The notes under the pieces are model-generated. The model made no database searches and had not been told where the DNA came from. It was given only the letters and a program-made list of their open reading frames with translations. From NCBI GenBank assembly GCA_963831505.1, contig CAWHQY010000017.1, forward strand, positions 85,014-149,013: a stretch of DNA of 64,000 nt, in the 5' to 3' direction. This document shows, piece by piece, positions 55,226-64,000 of the stretch (positions are counted from its first letter, which is position 1; each line of letters starts with the position of its first letter). Origin of the DNA: an uncultured Alphaproteobacteria bacterium (GTDB taxonomy: Bacteria; Pseudomonadota; Alphaproteobacteria; Rhizobiales; Xanthobacteraceae). A program made the translations under genes and the position numbers.

Positions 55226-55276
55226 AGCTGACTCTTAATCAGCGCATCCCAGGTTCGAGCCCTGGTGCGCCCACCA
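55226..55276 (+). repeat. 3' two-thirds of tRNA-Lys(CTT), att-like copy
   Basis: agctgactCTTaatcagc...ccaggttcgagccctgg tgcgcccaCCA; 5' acceptor strand and D-arm absent. Confidence 0.82.
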
Positions 55277-55547
55277 AGTCAAGTCCTTAAAATCGCTGGA
55301 AAAATAGAACTTTCGGTTCACGGAAGGTTATTTGGCGGCGAAGGGCAAATAACCAAATTCAGCGGCCAGGAACGGCGCGCTTCGGCTTTCCAGCATCGCG
55401 GCGGAAGCCCCGCCGATGGGCATCCACGCGGAGGGGTAGCAACCCCTTGGCGTCCCCGATCAGACTCGTCGGCGGGGCGCGTGCCGTGACCTGGATGGAC
55501 CGTGACAGGGGTAATTAAGTTTACCATTTGCGGTAAGGTAGGCAGCC

Positions 55548-55697
55548 ATGGCAAGCGCCGCAAAAAAGGACAAGGTCCCGTTCAATCGCGAAGTCCTCCG
55601 CTGGGCGCGCGAGCGAGTGAAGCTGTCCCCTGACAGCGCCGCCAAGGGTGCCGGCGTGACGGTGGAGCACATCCAAAATTGGGAGAAGGAAGGGGGC
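55548..55697 (+). pseudogene. N-terminal XRE HTH fragment (ImmA/IrrE-fusion type)
   Basis: NREVLRWARERVKLS..SAAK......IQNWE.G, then homology is lost. Confidence 0.6.
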
Positions 55698-55850
55698 GGT
55701 TCACCTTCGGCTCGTGGACGTTGGAAGGGATGCGCGTCAGCGGCGCGCCATTGGTTCCAGCGGCAACGATGGCATCTGCGCCTCCGACTGCCGCACGCAA
55801 ACGATCGAACATTTCAGTCTCCTTTGGTTGGTGTTGTACGCTTGAGCTAG

Positions 55851-56240
55851 TCATGCGAAATCGCCCTCTTCGTCATCGTTGGGGCAGAGCACGGCGGACA
55901 GATCCGGCAGGCCGCTACCCCTCAGCGCGATAATGATTTCGTGATGCACGCGGACCATCCGCGCCATGACCACGTCGTCCACGCGTTCGCCGCGCACGAG
56001 CTGGGCCTGCATCTCTTCGAGGCGCAGCGCGAGCATGGCTACGGAGCGGAGCTCGTCGTCGGAGGCCGATTCGAATTCGCGCTGGTAGCCGCGCAGGATG
56101 TCGCGGAAGCGCCGGGCCTGCGCGCTCCGGCCGTCGATGCCGATCAGGAGCTGGGCTCCGTTCGTCGTTCGGCTCCGCCCCTCCGGCTTGGGGGACACCA
56201 CTAGCGACCTGGCAGGTACATGGGGGCTAGAACGGGGCAT
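55851..56240 (-). CDS. Phage/satellite-type hypothetical protein
   Basis: RSR.TNG..L..GIDGRS..ARRFRD...LALRLE..QA....GE..D pattern recalled from rhizobial integrated elements. Confidence 0.55.
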   Translation of the reverse strand: MPRSSPHVPARSLVVSPKPEGRSRTTNGAQLLIGIDGRSAQARRFRDILRGYQREFESASDDELRSVAMLALRLEEMQAQLVRGERVDDVVMARMVRVHHEIIIALRGSGLPDLSAVLCPNDDEEGDFA

Positions 56241-56457
56241 CTCCGCACTGAAGCGGATCGATATCCGTCTGAACAGCGCTCTATCTCTACGGGTAGACTT
56301 TATTTCAGGCGCATCTCTGCGCGTATCTACTAGGGCGTGTTCTTATAAATCCGCCGCAACGGCTAAAGATTTGTTGCCGGTATGATAGAGCGGGAAGGAA
56401 CTTTGCTTCTGCTCCAGACTTGTCGTGTGAGAAGCGCGTCGGCCTGAGGATTTTAAA

Positions 56458-56730
56458 ATGCACATGTCCGGTGAAAGTCTTTTAGTCATTCTGTTCGTAG
56501 GTATCGTTGCAGGCTGGCTGGCTGGCCAGATCGTCCGAGGCGCTGGTTTTGGGCTCGTAGGCGACCTCATCGTGGGCGTAATCGGTGCTTTCGTGGCCAG
56601 CTTGTTGTTTCCTCGCTTAGGGCTGCACCTTGGTACGGGAATTGTTTCGGAAATCATCTATTCAGCCATTGGCGCAATTGTGCTGCTGCTAATTGTCAGA
56701 CTTGTCTCAGGCCGTGGCCGGTTTGCCTAA
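56458..56730 (+). CDS. GlsB/YeaQ/YmgE family stress-response membrane protein
   Basis: GIVAGWLAG, GLVGDLIVGVIGAF, AIGAIVLL. Confidence 0.9.
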   Translation: MHMSGESLLVILFVGIVAGWLAGQIVRGAGFGLVGDLIVGVIGAFVASLLFPRLGLHLGTGIVSEIIYSAIGAIVLLLIVRLVSGRGRFA

Positions 56731-57035
56731 AGGTTCGCTTTTGTAGCGCCCGCCAGACCGTGGCTTCGCCACAGCCAAGTCATCCCCAGCATCCTCATAG
56801 TCTCACCGGCGGCATAGCGCTGGGCAATACGGCGGCGCTGGCTGGGATGGACCCGCAAATTCGGGCGTCGAGATTGATGAGTGGCGGTTGGCCAATGTCG
56901 CTCGGGGTCATTAGCGACCGAAATCGACTTTCCCCACCATGTCCGCTTTGCCCCCCGATAGCGATCAAACTGCGGATATCCCTGGGAGGTCCGTTTCGTG
57001 CCACGAACAGACATCACATCTTGTTCTGCTCCTAC

Positions 57036-58106
57036 CTATGCGGCCCGGTTGTCCTTCGTCCAGAACGTGGCGTGAGTTATCGAGACAGTCGTGCCCGCAG
57101 TGTCGGCTAAAGTCTCAACCTTGCCACCGAGCTGTTGAGCGAGCGCCCTCACAATGCCCGTTCCAAGCCCGGTTTTAGGCTGAGCAAACCTGCCGTCGGG
57201 CTTGCCAACCCCATTATCCGCGACCGATAGTTTCCAGTTTGTCCCATCGACGTCATACGCGATGACAATCCGACCATCGCTTTTTTCGATCGGGAAAGCA
57301 TGCTTCAGCGCGTTCATGACGAGTTCGGTGGCGATCAAGCCAAGGCTCTCAGCTTCACGGGAAGTGGCAGTGCCACCTTCGCCGACCACTTTGATCATGA
57401 CCTCCCGGTTGTCGCCAATCATCGAGGTTGATAGGATCGTGGCCAGCCCAGCGAGATACGGCAACATGTCGACGCGCCCGGCGTTTCCTGGCGCATGAAG
57501 CTGTTCTTGGATGGCAGCGATCGAGATGACGCGCTTGTGGGCGTCCTGCAGATGGGCGCGCGTCTCTTCGGATTGGACCCTCGACGCTTTCATCAAAATG
57601 ATTCCGGCAATGATTTGCAGGCTATTGGCAATTCGGTGCCGCATTTCATCAAGCATGACTTCCTTTTGCCGCAACAAACTGTCCTTTTCATGCTCCAGGA
57701 TGCGCCGTTCTGTAACATCCTCGATGCCGAGCAGAATGGTGGTTTCGGCTCCTTCCTTGTAGAACACCTGGCGAGCATTCAAGTACATCGTACGGAGCCC
57801 GAGATGAGGAAAATCGTGCTCAACCTCATAACCCTCCATCACGCCGTGCTCGGGGATAATTTGTTCCAGCAACACGCGAAGTTTCGGAATGTCCCATTGT
57901 CCATCGCCCAGCGTGTAGAGAAGCCGGCCTTGGGTATCCTCGGGACTGACCTTGAAACGTGAATAGAAGGACCGGCTCGCCGCTATCACGCGCAAGCCTT
58001 TGTCGAGCACCACAACAGGCTCGCGGACAGTGTCGACAATGGCTTGAGCCAGCGCACAAGCATCTGCGATGTTGGTGAACTGATCCCTGAAATTGGTTGT
58101 TTGCAT
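57036..58106 (-). CDS. Cytoplasmic PAS sensor histidine kinase, HisKA_2 type
   Basis: PAS (DTVREP..VLD, GQWDIP.LR.LLE), EMRHRIANSLQ, ELVMNALKHAF, DNGVG, GLG. Confidence 0.9.
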   Translation of the reverse strand: MQTTNFRDQFTNIADACALAQAIVDTVREPVVVLDKGLRVIAASRSFYSRFKVSPEDTQGRLLYTLGDGQWDIPKLRVLLEQIIPEHGVMEGYEVEHDFPHLGLRTMYLNARQVFYKEGAETTILLGIEDVTERRILEHEKDSLLRQKEVMLDEMRHRIANSLQIIAGIILMKASRVQSEETRAHLQDAHKRVISIAAIQEQLHAPGNAGRVDMLPYLAGLATILSTSMIGDNREVMIKVVGEGGTATSREAESLGLIATELVMNALKHAFPIEKSDGRIVIAYDVDGTNWKLSVADNGVGKPDGRFAQPKTGLGTGIVRALAQQLGGKVETLADTAGTTVSITHATFWTKDNRAA

Positions 58107-58290
58107 AACGCCTCACGGTCCTATCGCGCTCGGAAGCGCTTGAGATAGCGAGGGATGGCTGCGCGAAAACGAGTGATGCTCGCTGCCAAGCGAGGTTAGG
58201 ATCAGGCCAAGCGCGAGTCTGTATAAAATCGCTCAGTTTTGGCTGAAATCTGCTCAGGGTCATTGTCGACCGCTTCGACGCAGCCTTGCG

Positions 58291-58319
58291 ATGTCCGCCT
58301 GTCCCCTGGAAGCGGACAT
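58291..58319. repeat. Short palindrome ATGTCCGC...GCGGACAT
   Basis: atgtccgcctgtcccctggaagcggacat; related degenerate copies at ~56939-57013. Confidence 0.5.
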
Positions 58320-58591
58320 CAGGTTCGCTGGTCTACTGGTAGATCAAGCCCCCGGGCGAAGGGTCTCTTGGTTTTTCCCGGGGCGCGTTGAGAGCGAGGG
58401 TCCGCGTTCTAGATTTTCGTCAAAGGTGTCTGAGGACGAAGGCGGCCTCGCTCGGGACCGGTACCTCGCGTTTGCCTTTCGCACTACCGTGAACCCTAGA
58501 CGGAGGCGCGGCGCAGGACGCGCGCGATCTTTGCGGCTTCATCCCAGCCGGGCTTGCACTCCCGAACCGTGCCGCATGCCAATGCTGTGCG

Positions 58592-58852
58592 TCAGTGTGG
58601 CGACGCGTGTTCAGCTCTAATCGGCGCTAGGTGCGGTGCGCGGGACCTGAAGTGGTCGAGCACGAACAGGCGGATCGCTGAGGACAGATTGCCCTGCTGG
58701 CGGTCGGCGTCGATCCCCCCGATCAGCTCGGACAGCGTCAAGCCGCGCCCCTTCGAAATCTCCTTCATGCTGTTCCAGAACGCCGCTTCCAGACTGACAC
58801 TGGTCTTGTGGCCACCGACAACGACCGACCGCTTCACGACAGGTGACTTCAC
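58592..58852 (-). CDS. Ribbon-helix-helix domain protein (RHH_4)
   Basis: KRSVVVGGHKTSVSLE.AFW...ID..R..GNLSSAIRLFVL. Confidence 0.88.
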   Translation of the reverse strand: MKSPVVKRSVVVGGHKTSVSLEAAFWNSMKEISKGRGLTLSELIGGIDADRQQGNLSSAIRLFVLDHFRSRAPHLAPIRAEHASPH

Positions 58853-59126
58853 GGGACGCCTCCTACGCCTTTCGCCCCATCATCTCCGACGCCTGGCCTG
58901 CGGTAAACTGATATTGTCCCCGTAGGACTCCGGGGGCAGTGAGGGCACAGCGGTGGAAGAAATCTCGCGCGCCCTCGTGCCCGCGCTACCTTGGCGTTCT
59001 AACTACCGTGGGCCATACGGGTACAGGTACGATTGGATTTCTTAGCATTACAGTTGCCATTTACGATGAGTTCTGAATCCATGGGTGACCATGATTCGGG
59101 ATCTGATGATTGGTGGTGCGTCGGTT

Positions 59127-59237
59127 GGCCTCGACGTCCTTCAACGAGTGGCCGGTCACGGCCACGATCTGCGGCACGCCGGCGCCGGCAATCGCCAAGC
59201 GAACCACCGCCGTATCTCGCAGATCGTGAAATGTAAC
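59127..59237 (-). pseudogene. Tyrosine integrase C-terminal fragment
   Basis: Minus strand reads VTFHDLRDTAVVRLAIAGAGVPQIVAVTGHSLKDVEA; not in the ORF track. Confidence 0.75.
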
Positions 59238-59456
59238 AAACCTTATCCGTTAATTGCGCGAGCAATCCGGATGAGAGAAGCCGCTGCCATCTTGAATGCA
59301 AAAGCTTATCGGTCGAAGACCGTCAGGTCGGCCGGTTTGTTTATTGATTTCAGATCGATGTTTACTTGGGATAATCTACCTAACTTATGCTAGGTGATTA
59401 AGCCGGAAATCCGGCACCCCGACAGAGTCGGATCAGGCTCGCGCGAAGGAGGGCAC

Positions 59457-60638
59457 ATGGATTACGTCGCCACGCGAGCGGACCATGGATCGAATGCGCG
59501 CTCGCCGTTCTTTACCGAAGAACACGAAATGCTGCGCGATCAGGTGCGGCGCTTTGTCAAGGAAGAGATTAAGCCGTTTGGAGAGGCCTGGGAGGAGCAG
59601 GGTTTTGTGCCGCGCGAGGTGCTGCGCCGAATGGGTACACTCGGTTTCTTTGGCATCCGCTATCCCGAGATCTACGGCGGATCGGACATGGACACGCTCG
59701 GCAGCGTCGTCTTTGCCGAGGAACTTGGAAAGTCGACGTTCTCCGGCGTCGCCATTACGGCGCTTGTGCACACCGATATGGCCTCCGTGCACGTCTTCAA
59801 CGCGGGAAGCGAGGCGCAGAAGTCTCGCTGGATGCGCAAGATCGTCAGTGGCGAAGCGATCTGTGCGGTCGCCGTAACTGAGCCCGATGCTGGATCTGAC
59901 GTGAAGGGGATCAGGACGACCGCGCGGCGAACGAGCGAAGGCTATGTGCTCAACGGCGCGAAGATGTTCATCACCAACGGCGTGCATGCCGATCTCTATT
60001 GTGTCGCCGCGAAGACTGGCGCGATCGACGGCGGCAGCAAGGCCATCACCATGTTTCTCATCGAGAAGGGCACGCCGGGCTTCCGCGTCGGCCGCGCGCT
60101 CGACAAGCACGGATGGCGCTCGTCCGATACGGCGGAGCTTATTTTGGAGGACTGCCTTGTGCCTCATGACGCCGTACTCGGCGAAGAGGGGGCCGGCTTC
60201 TATGCGATCATGAAGAATTTTCAGAACGAGCGAACAGTCATCGGCGCGATGGCGATGGGCGAAGCGCAGGCCGCGCTCGACCTGACCGTCACCTATCTCA
60301 AGACACGGCGGGCGTTCGGCGCACCGCTATGGGAGAAACAGGGCATTCGCCAAAGGATCGCGATGCGAGCGGCCGAAGTCGAAGCCGGGCGCCAGCTGGT
60401 CTACGCCGCCGCCTGGCGCGACGCGCAAGGCCACGACGTTACCCGCGAAGTTTCGATGGCCAAGGCCTATTGCGGCAACCTCGTGAATGCCGTGATGTAT
60501 GACTGCCTGCAGTTTCACGGCGGCATCGGCTTCATGCGCGAAAGCACGATCGAGCGGATGGTACGCGATGCCCGCGTCCAGTCGATCGGCGGCGGCGCCT
60601 CCGAGGTAATGCTCGAAGAAGTCGCCAAGCGCCTTTGA
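59457..60638 (+). CDS. Acyl-CoA dehydrogenase
   Basis: VTEPDAGSD, LNGAKMFITNG, GW.SSDTAEL, NER, R.AFG, QFHGG.G, IGGGASEVM. Confidence 0.94.
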   Translation: MDYVATRADHGSNARSPFFTEEHEMLRDQVRRFVKEEIKPFGEAWEEQGFVPREVLRRMGTLGFFGIRYPEIYGGSDMDTLGSVVFAEELGKSTFSGVAITALVHTDMASVHVFNAGSEAQKSRWMRKIVSGEAICAVAVTEPDAGSDVKGIRTTARRTSEGYVLNGAKMFITNGVHADLYCVAAKTGAIDGGSKAITMFLIEKGTPGFRVGRALDKHGWRSSDTAELILEDCLVPHDAVLGEEGAGFYAIMKNFQNERTVIGAMAMGEAQAALDLTVTYLKTRRAFGAPLWEKQGIRQRIAMRAAEVEAGRQLVYAAAWRDAQGHDVTREVSMAKAYCGNLVNAVMYDCLQFHGGIGFMRESTIERMVRDARVQSIGGGASEVMLEEVAKRL

Positions 60639-60798
60639 GGGCTTATCATGGCTGCTGCAGGCTTTCGGTCGGCTCACTGAAATGACTGCCGTTACACGAG
60701 TGAAGCGCAAGGTGAACAACGGCCGTTCGGGATGAACTTTCGTCGCGCCAGGCGCGGCAACGAGATAATTCGTCGCAACGCCTGGCGCGTATCGAGAG

Positions 60799-62046
60799 CT
60801 ACTTTTGGGTCTCGGATTTGGCGTATTCGGCCGATTGGGCCTTCACCACGTTCCACACGTCGTCCTTGAATGCGGCGATCCATTCGGTTTGTGGCACCCA
60901 CTTGCTGCCGTCCCACATCTCGATGCGGGTCTTGCCGCCACCGCCATGGTCCTGCGCGGTCACGGTGACGGGAGCCATCATTTCGTTGGCGTTATAGTCC
61001 TTGATGCCTTCAAGGCCGTTCTTGATCTTCTCGGGCGTCAACGGCCAGCCATCTTTCTTGATTGCGAGGCGGGCACCCTCGACCGCGATCGACCAGATCG
61101 CAAGACCGGTGTTGTAATAGACGTCCTCGAGGTTTTTGCGATCGCCGTTTCCTTTGCCCTTGTCGTAGAGTTCCTTGATGATCTCCTGAATCAATGGATG
61201 GTTCGACCCGCCGGCGACGTTGGTGCCGCGCTTGATGCCCTTGGCTGCCTCGGCGCCGATGTTGTTTATATCGACCTCGTTCATCCAGTTGACGGCGATA
61301 TACTTGTCGAGAGCGATACCGTTGCGCTTCATCTCGCGCGATGCGATCACATGCATGTTCGACAGGCTCCAGCTGACAATCCAGTCCGGCGCGAAGCGAC
61401 GCATCTGAGTCCAGGCCGAGGCCTGGTCGTTGCCCGGAAGCGGATAGGGAAACAACTGAAGGTCAAAGCCTTCCTTGGCGGCCAGGGTCTTCAGGATGCC
61501 GATCGGCTCCTGTCCGAACGGGTAATCGACGTAAAGAAATGCGATCTTGACGCCCTTCAGTTGTCCACCCGATTTCTGCTTGATGTATTCGATGTCGTTC
61601 GAGGCTTGGCCCCAATAGGTCGGACCGATCGGGAACACCCATTTGAAGACGTCGCCATCGACGGCGTCGCCACGTCCGGCGAGCGATTGGATCATGATAT
61701 TGCCGTCTTTCATGACGCGGGGAAGAACCGCGCGGGAAACCGGGGTTGACAGCATGTCGAACACCATGACGCCGTCGCGCTTCAGCTTTTCGTAGCATTC
61801 GATGCCGCGTTGCGGTTCGTTACCATGGTCCTGCACGATCATCTCGACCGGATGGCCTTCGATCCCGCCCTTGCTATTGAGAAGGTCGGCATAATCCTTG
61901 GCGGCCTGGGCGACCTGCGGCGTCACGAATGTGTAGGCCTTGGTGAGATCGTAGCAGAGCCCGAAACGCATTGGATCGGCTGCTGCCGCCGGCATGACAG
62001 TGAGGGCGCTCCATGCGAGCCCAGCCATAATGGATAAATACTTCAT
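60799..62046 (-). CDS. Branched-chain/hydrophobic-substrate ABC transporter substrate-binding protein
   Basis: Signal peptide, DLT..Y, N.KGGI.G..VE, Peripla_BP_6-like. Confidence 0.87.
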   Translation of the reverse strand: MKYLSIMAGLAWSALTVMPAAAADPMRFGLCYDLTKAYTFVTPQVAQAAKDYADLLNSKGGIEGHPVEMIVQDHGNEPQRGIECYEKLKRDGVMVFDMLSTPVSRAVLPRVMKDGNIMIQSLAGRGDAVDGDVFKWVFPIGPTYWGQASNDIEYIKQKSGGQLKGVKIAFLYVDYPFGQEPIGILKTLAAKEGFDLQLFPYPLPGNDQASAWTQMRRFAPDWIVSWSLSNMHVIASREMKRNGIALDKYIAVNWMNEVDINNIGAEAAKGIKRGTNVAGGSNHPLIQEIIKELYDKGKGNGDRKNLEDVYYNTGLAIWSIAVEGARLAIKKDGWPLTPEKIKNGLEGIKDYNANEMMAPVTVTAQDHGGGGKTRIEMWDGSKWVPQTEWIAAFKDDVWNVVKAQSAEYAKSETQK

Positions 62047-62123
62047 TTGGGTCCTCCCTTTGATCGTCGTGGTTTGTTGCCGTGTTTGTCCAGTAGGTTT
62101 TCTTATGCTTGGATTGCCTGCAA

Positions 62124-62939
62124 TTACGTCAGCCAGCGTTTCCTCCGGCTGTAGTGCTTGATGTCATGGAAGCTCTTGCCTTTCGCACCTCCAAGATAGA
62201 ACTCCTGGATGTCTGGATTCTTCTTCAAGGCTTCCGCGGTATCGTGCATCACGATGCGGCCGCTCTCGATGAGATAACCGTGTGAGACGATCTCGAGCGC
62301 CGCCACCGCGTTCTGCTCGACAAGCAAGACCGACAGCCCTTCCTCACGGTTGATACGGCTGATGATCTGGAAGATCTCTGCCACCAGAAAGGGCGCCAAT
62401 CCCAGGCTGGGTTCGTCGAGCATCAGCAGCTTCGGTTGCGTCATCAAGGCGCGGCCGATCGCGAGCATCTGCTGTTCGCCGCCGGAGAGATAACCGGCTG
62501 CGACGGCTCGACGTTCGTGCAGTCGCGGAAAATAGCTGTAGACCAGCTCCTTGTTGCGGGCCGCATCGTGGCGGCTGCGCACCGCTGACGCCGCGACCAG
62601 GTTCTCGTCGGGCGTGAGATGCTCGAACACCCGTCGACCTTCGAGCACATGGACTATTCCGAGTTTGACCCGTTCCTGCGGTGATAGCGCACCGATGTTG
62701 CGGCCGAGAAACTGCAATTCGCCGCGGCGGACTTCGCCTCGTTCGGCGACCAACAACCCGCTGATCGACTTTAGCGTGGTGCTCTTGCCGGCGCCGTTGG
62801 CACCCAGCAGCGCCACCATGCCGCCCTCGGGCACGTCGATCGACACGCCCTTGATCGCAAGGGAAACGTGGTCGTAAACCACCTCGATGTTGTTCAGCGA
62901 GAGCACCTTTGCCGCGGTGGGGGTGTTCGATGTGCCCAT
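62124..62939 (-). CDS. livF: ABC ATP-binding protein, LivF-like
   Basis: GANGAGKST, LSGGEQQML, LDEPSLGLAP, VEQN. Confidence 0.88.
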   Translation of the reverse strand: MGTSNTPTAAKVLSLNNIEVVYDHVSLAIKGVSIDVPEGGMVALLGANGAGKSTTLKSISGLLVAERGEVRRGELQFLGRNIGALSPQERVKLGIVHVLEGRRVFEHLTPDENLVAASAVRSRHDAARNKELVYSYFPRLHERRAVAAGYLSGGEQQMLAIGRALMTQPKLLMLDEPSLGLAPFLVAEIFQIISRINREEGLSVLLVEQNAVAALEIVSHGYLIESGRIVMHDTAEALKKNPDIQEFYLGGAKGKSFHDIKHYSRRKRWLT

Positions 62940-62946
62940 GCCTGTT

Positions 62947-64000
62947 TTACTTCTTTACGTAGCCGAACGGCCAGACAAGGAGATAGTCGCGCACGTTGTT
63001 GTATATCTTTCCGAGCCCCAGCGGCTCGACCAGCAGAAATCCGATGATCAGCGCGCCGTAGAGCGCTTGCGGAAGATGGGCCAACGTCTCGATGCTGAGC
63101 GAGAATCCGAAACGTATCGCCGCCCATGAGATCAAGCTGTTCATGGCGCCCGGCATCAGCAGAATGAAAGCGGCGCCGAAATAACTGCCTATGATGCTGC
63201 CCAGCCCGCCGACGATCACCATCGCCAACGCCTGTATCGAAACATCGACGGAAAACTGTTCGGGCGTGACGGCGTGGTAAAATGTGCCGATCAGGATGGC
63301 TCCGGTCACGCCTCCGATGAACGACGAGGTCGAAAAGGCCACCAGCTTGAAGTAGAAGCTGTTGACGCCGATGACCGCCGCCGCGAAGTCTTTTTCCCGA
63401 ACCGCAATCAGGGCGCGGCCGAGCGCCGTACGCCGCAAATTCAGCATGAACGACGTCACCAGGATGCACCACACCAGCGCCACGTAATAGAGCCCGGCAT
63501 CCGACGTAACGGGCATACCTAACAACCGGATGTCCGGCGCCTGCAGCGTGGCCTGTGTGCCGCCACTGATCGCCGGAACGTGCGAGATCGTCCAATCCAT
63601 GACGAATTGCAAGGCGAGGGTGCTCAGCGCCAGATACAGGCCCTTGACGCGCAACGCGGCGAAAGCGAAGCCAATGCCGATGATCGCCGCAGTCATGCCG
63701 CCGAGAACGATGGCGATTTCCCAGGGAATGCCGGCCTTGTTGGCGTGAACGGTCGCATAGGCGCCGATCCCCATCACGGCGGCATAGCCGAGGTGAAATT
63801 GTCCAGCCCAGCCGAGAATGAGATTGAGGCCAAGCGCGCCGGCGGTCCATACCAGCCAGGGCAGCAGGTAGCTGCTGAGATAAAGCGAATTCACGAGCAG
63901 CGGCGCTGCAAGGCCGAACGCGAGCAGAATGGCGATCATCCAGCGGTCGGCAGCAATCGGAAACAGCGCCCGGTCGGCGGCATAGTCCGTATGAAAAATG
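62947..64000 (-). CDS. livM: ABC permease, LivM-like (5' end beyond the window)
   Basis: GLNLILGWAGQ, GLYLALSTL, GRALIAVRE, VGGLGS; frame open to the window edge. Confidence 0.85.
   Translation of the reverse strand, partial: IFHTDYAADRALFPIAADRWMIAILLAFGLAAPLLVNSLYLSSYLLPWLVWTAGALGLNLILGWAGQFHLGYAAVMGIGAYATVHANKAGIPWEIAIVLGGMTAAIIGIGFAFAALRVKGLYLALSTLALQFVMDWTISHVPAISGGTQATLQAPDIRLLGMPVTSDAGLYYVALVWCILVTSFMLNLRRTALGRALIAVREKDFAAAVIGVNSFYFKLVAFSTSSFIGGVTGAILIGTFYHAVTPEQFSVDVSIQALAMVIVGGLGSIIGSYFGAAFILLMPGAMNSLISWAAIRFGFSLSIETLAHLPQALYGALIIGFLLVEPLGLGKIYNNVRDYLLVWPFGYVKK

Noticed and set aside
55226-55276. Functional tRNA-Lys gene
   Set aside because: The 5' acceptor strand and D-arm are missing.
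59060-59105. Possible degenerate tRNA/att fragment next to the integrase remnant
   Set aside because: Similarity to tRNA-Arg is too weak to support by eye.

Overview
Alphaproteobacterial chromosome segment, most likely Bradyrhizobium or a close relative (inferred from gene order and protein sequences). About 1-16.4 kb is core genome: rmuC, def-fmt-truA, dapE/dapD, argB, engB, yidC-rnpA-rpmH and a HAMP sensor kinase. It is studded with GTCA-ended REP-like palindromes, one next to a small GIY-YIG nuclease gene. tRNA-Arg(ACG) at 16362-16438 is followed by a tyrosine integrase, and a long mosaic accessory region begins there. In order it holds: an integrase/excisionase/Arc module, the relic of a retron-type RT-trypsin protease fusion, a 270-bp tandem duplication, an OprB porin, and two sugar ABC operons linked to beta-propeller hydrolases (SMP-30; two tandem LVIVD-repeat genes, heavily frameshifted). 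Next come a complete but rearranged ebo cluster interleaved with a periplasmic dehydrogenase/cytochrome c module, IS630/IS21/ISL3 debris, a tRNA-Lys 3'-end att-like copy, phage-satellite-like fragments and stress/signalling genes. The window ends with an acyl-CoA dehydrogenase and a Liv-type ABC transporter running off the edge. All family calls come from motif recognition by eye; no database searches were run.
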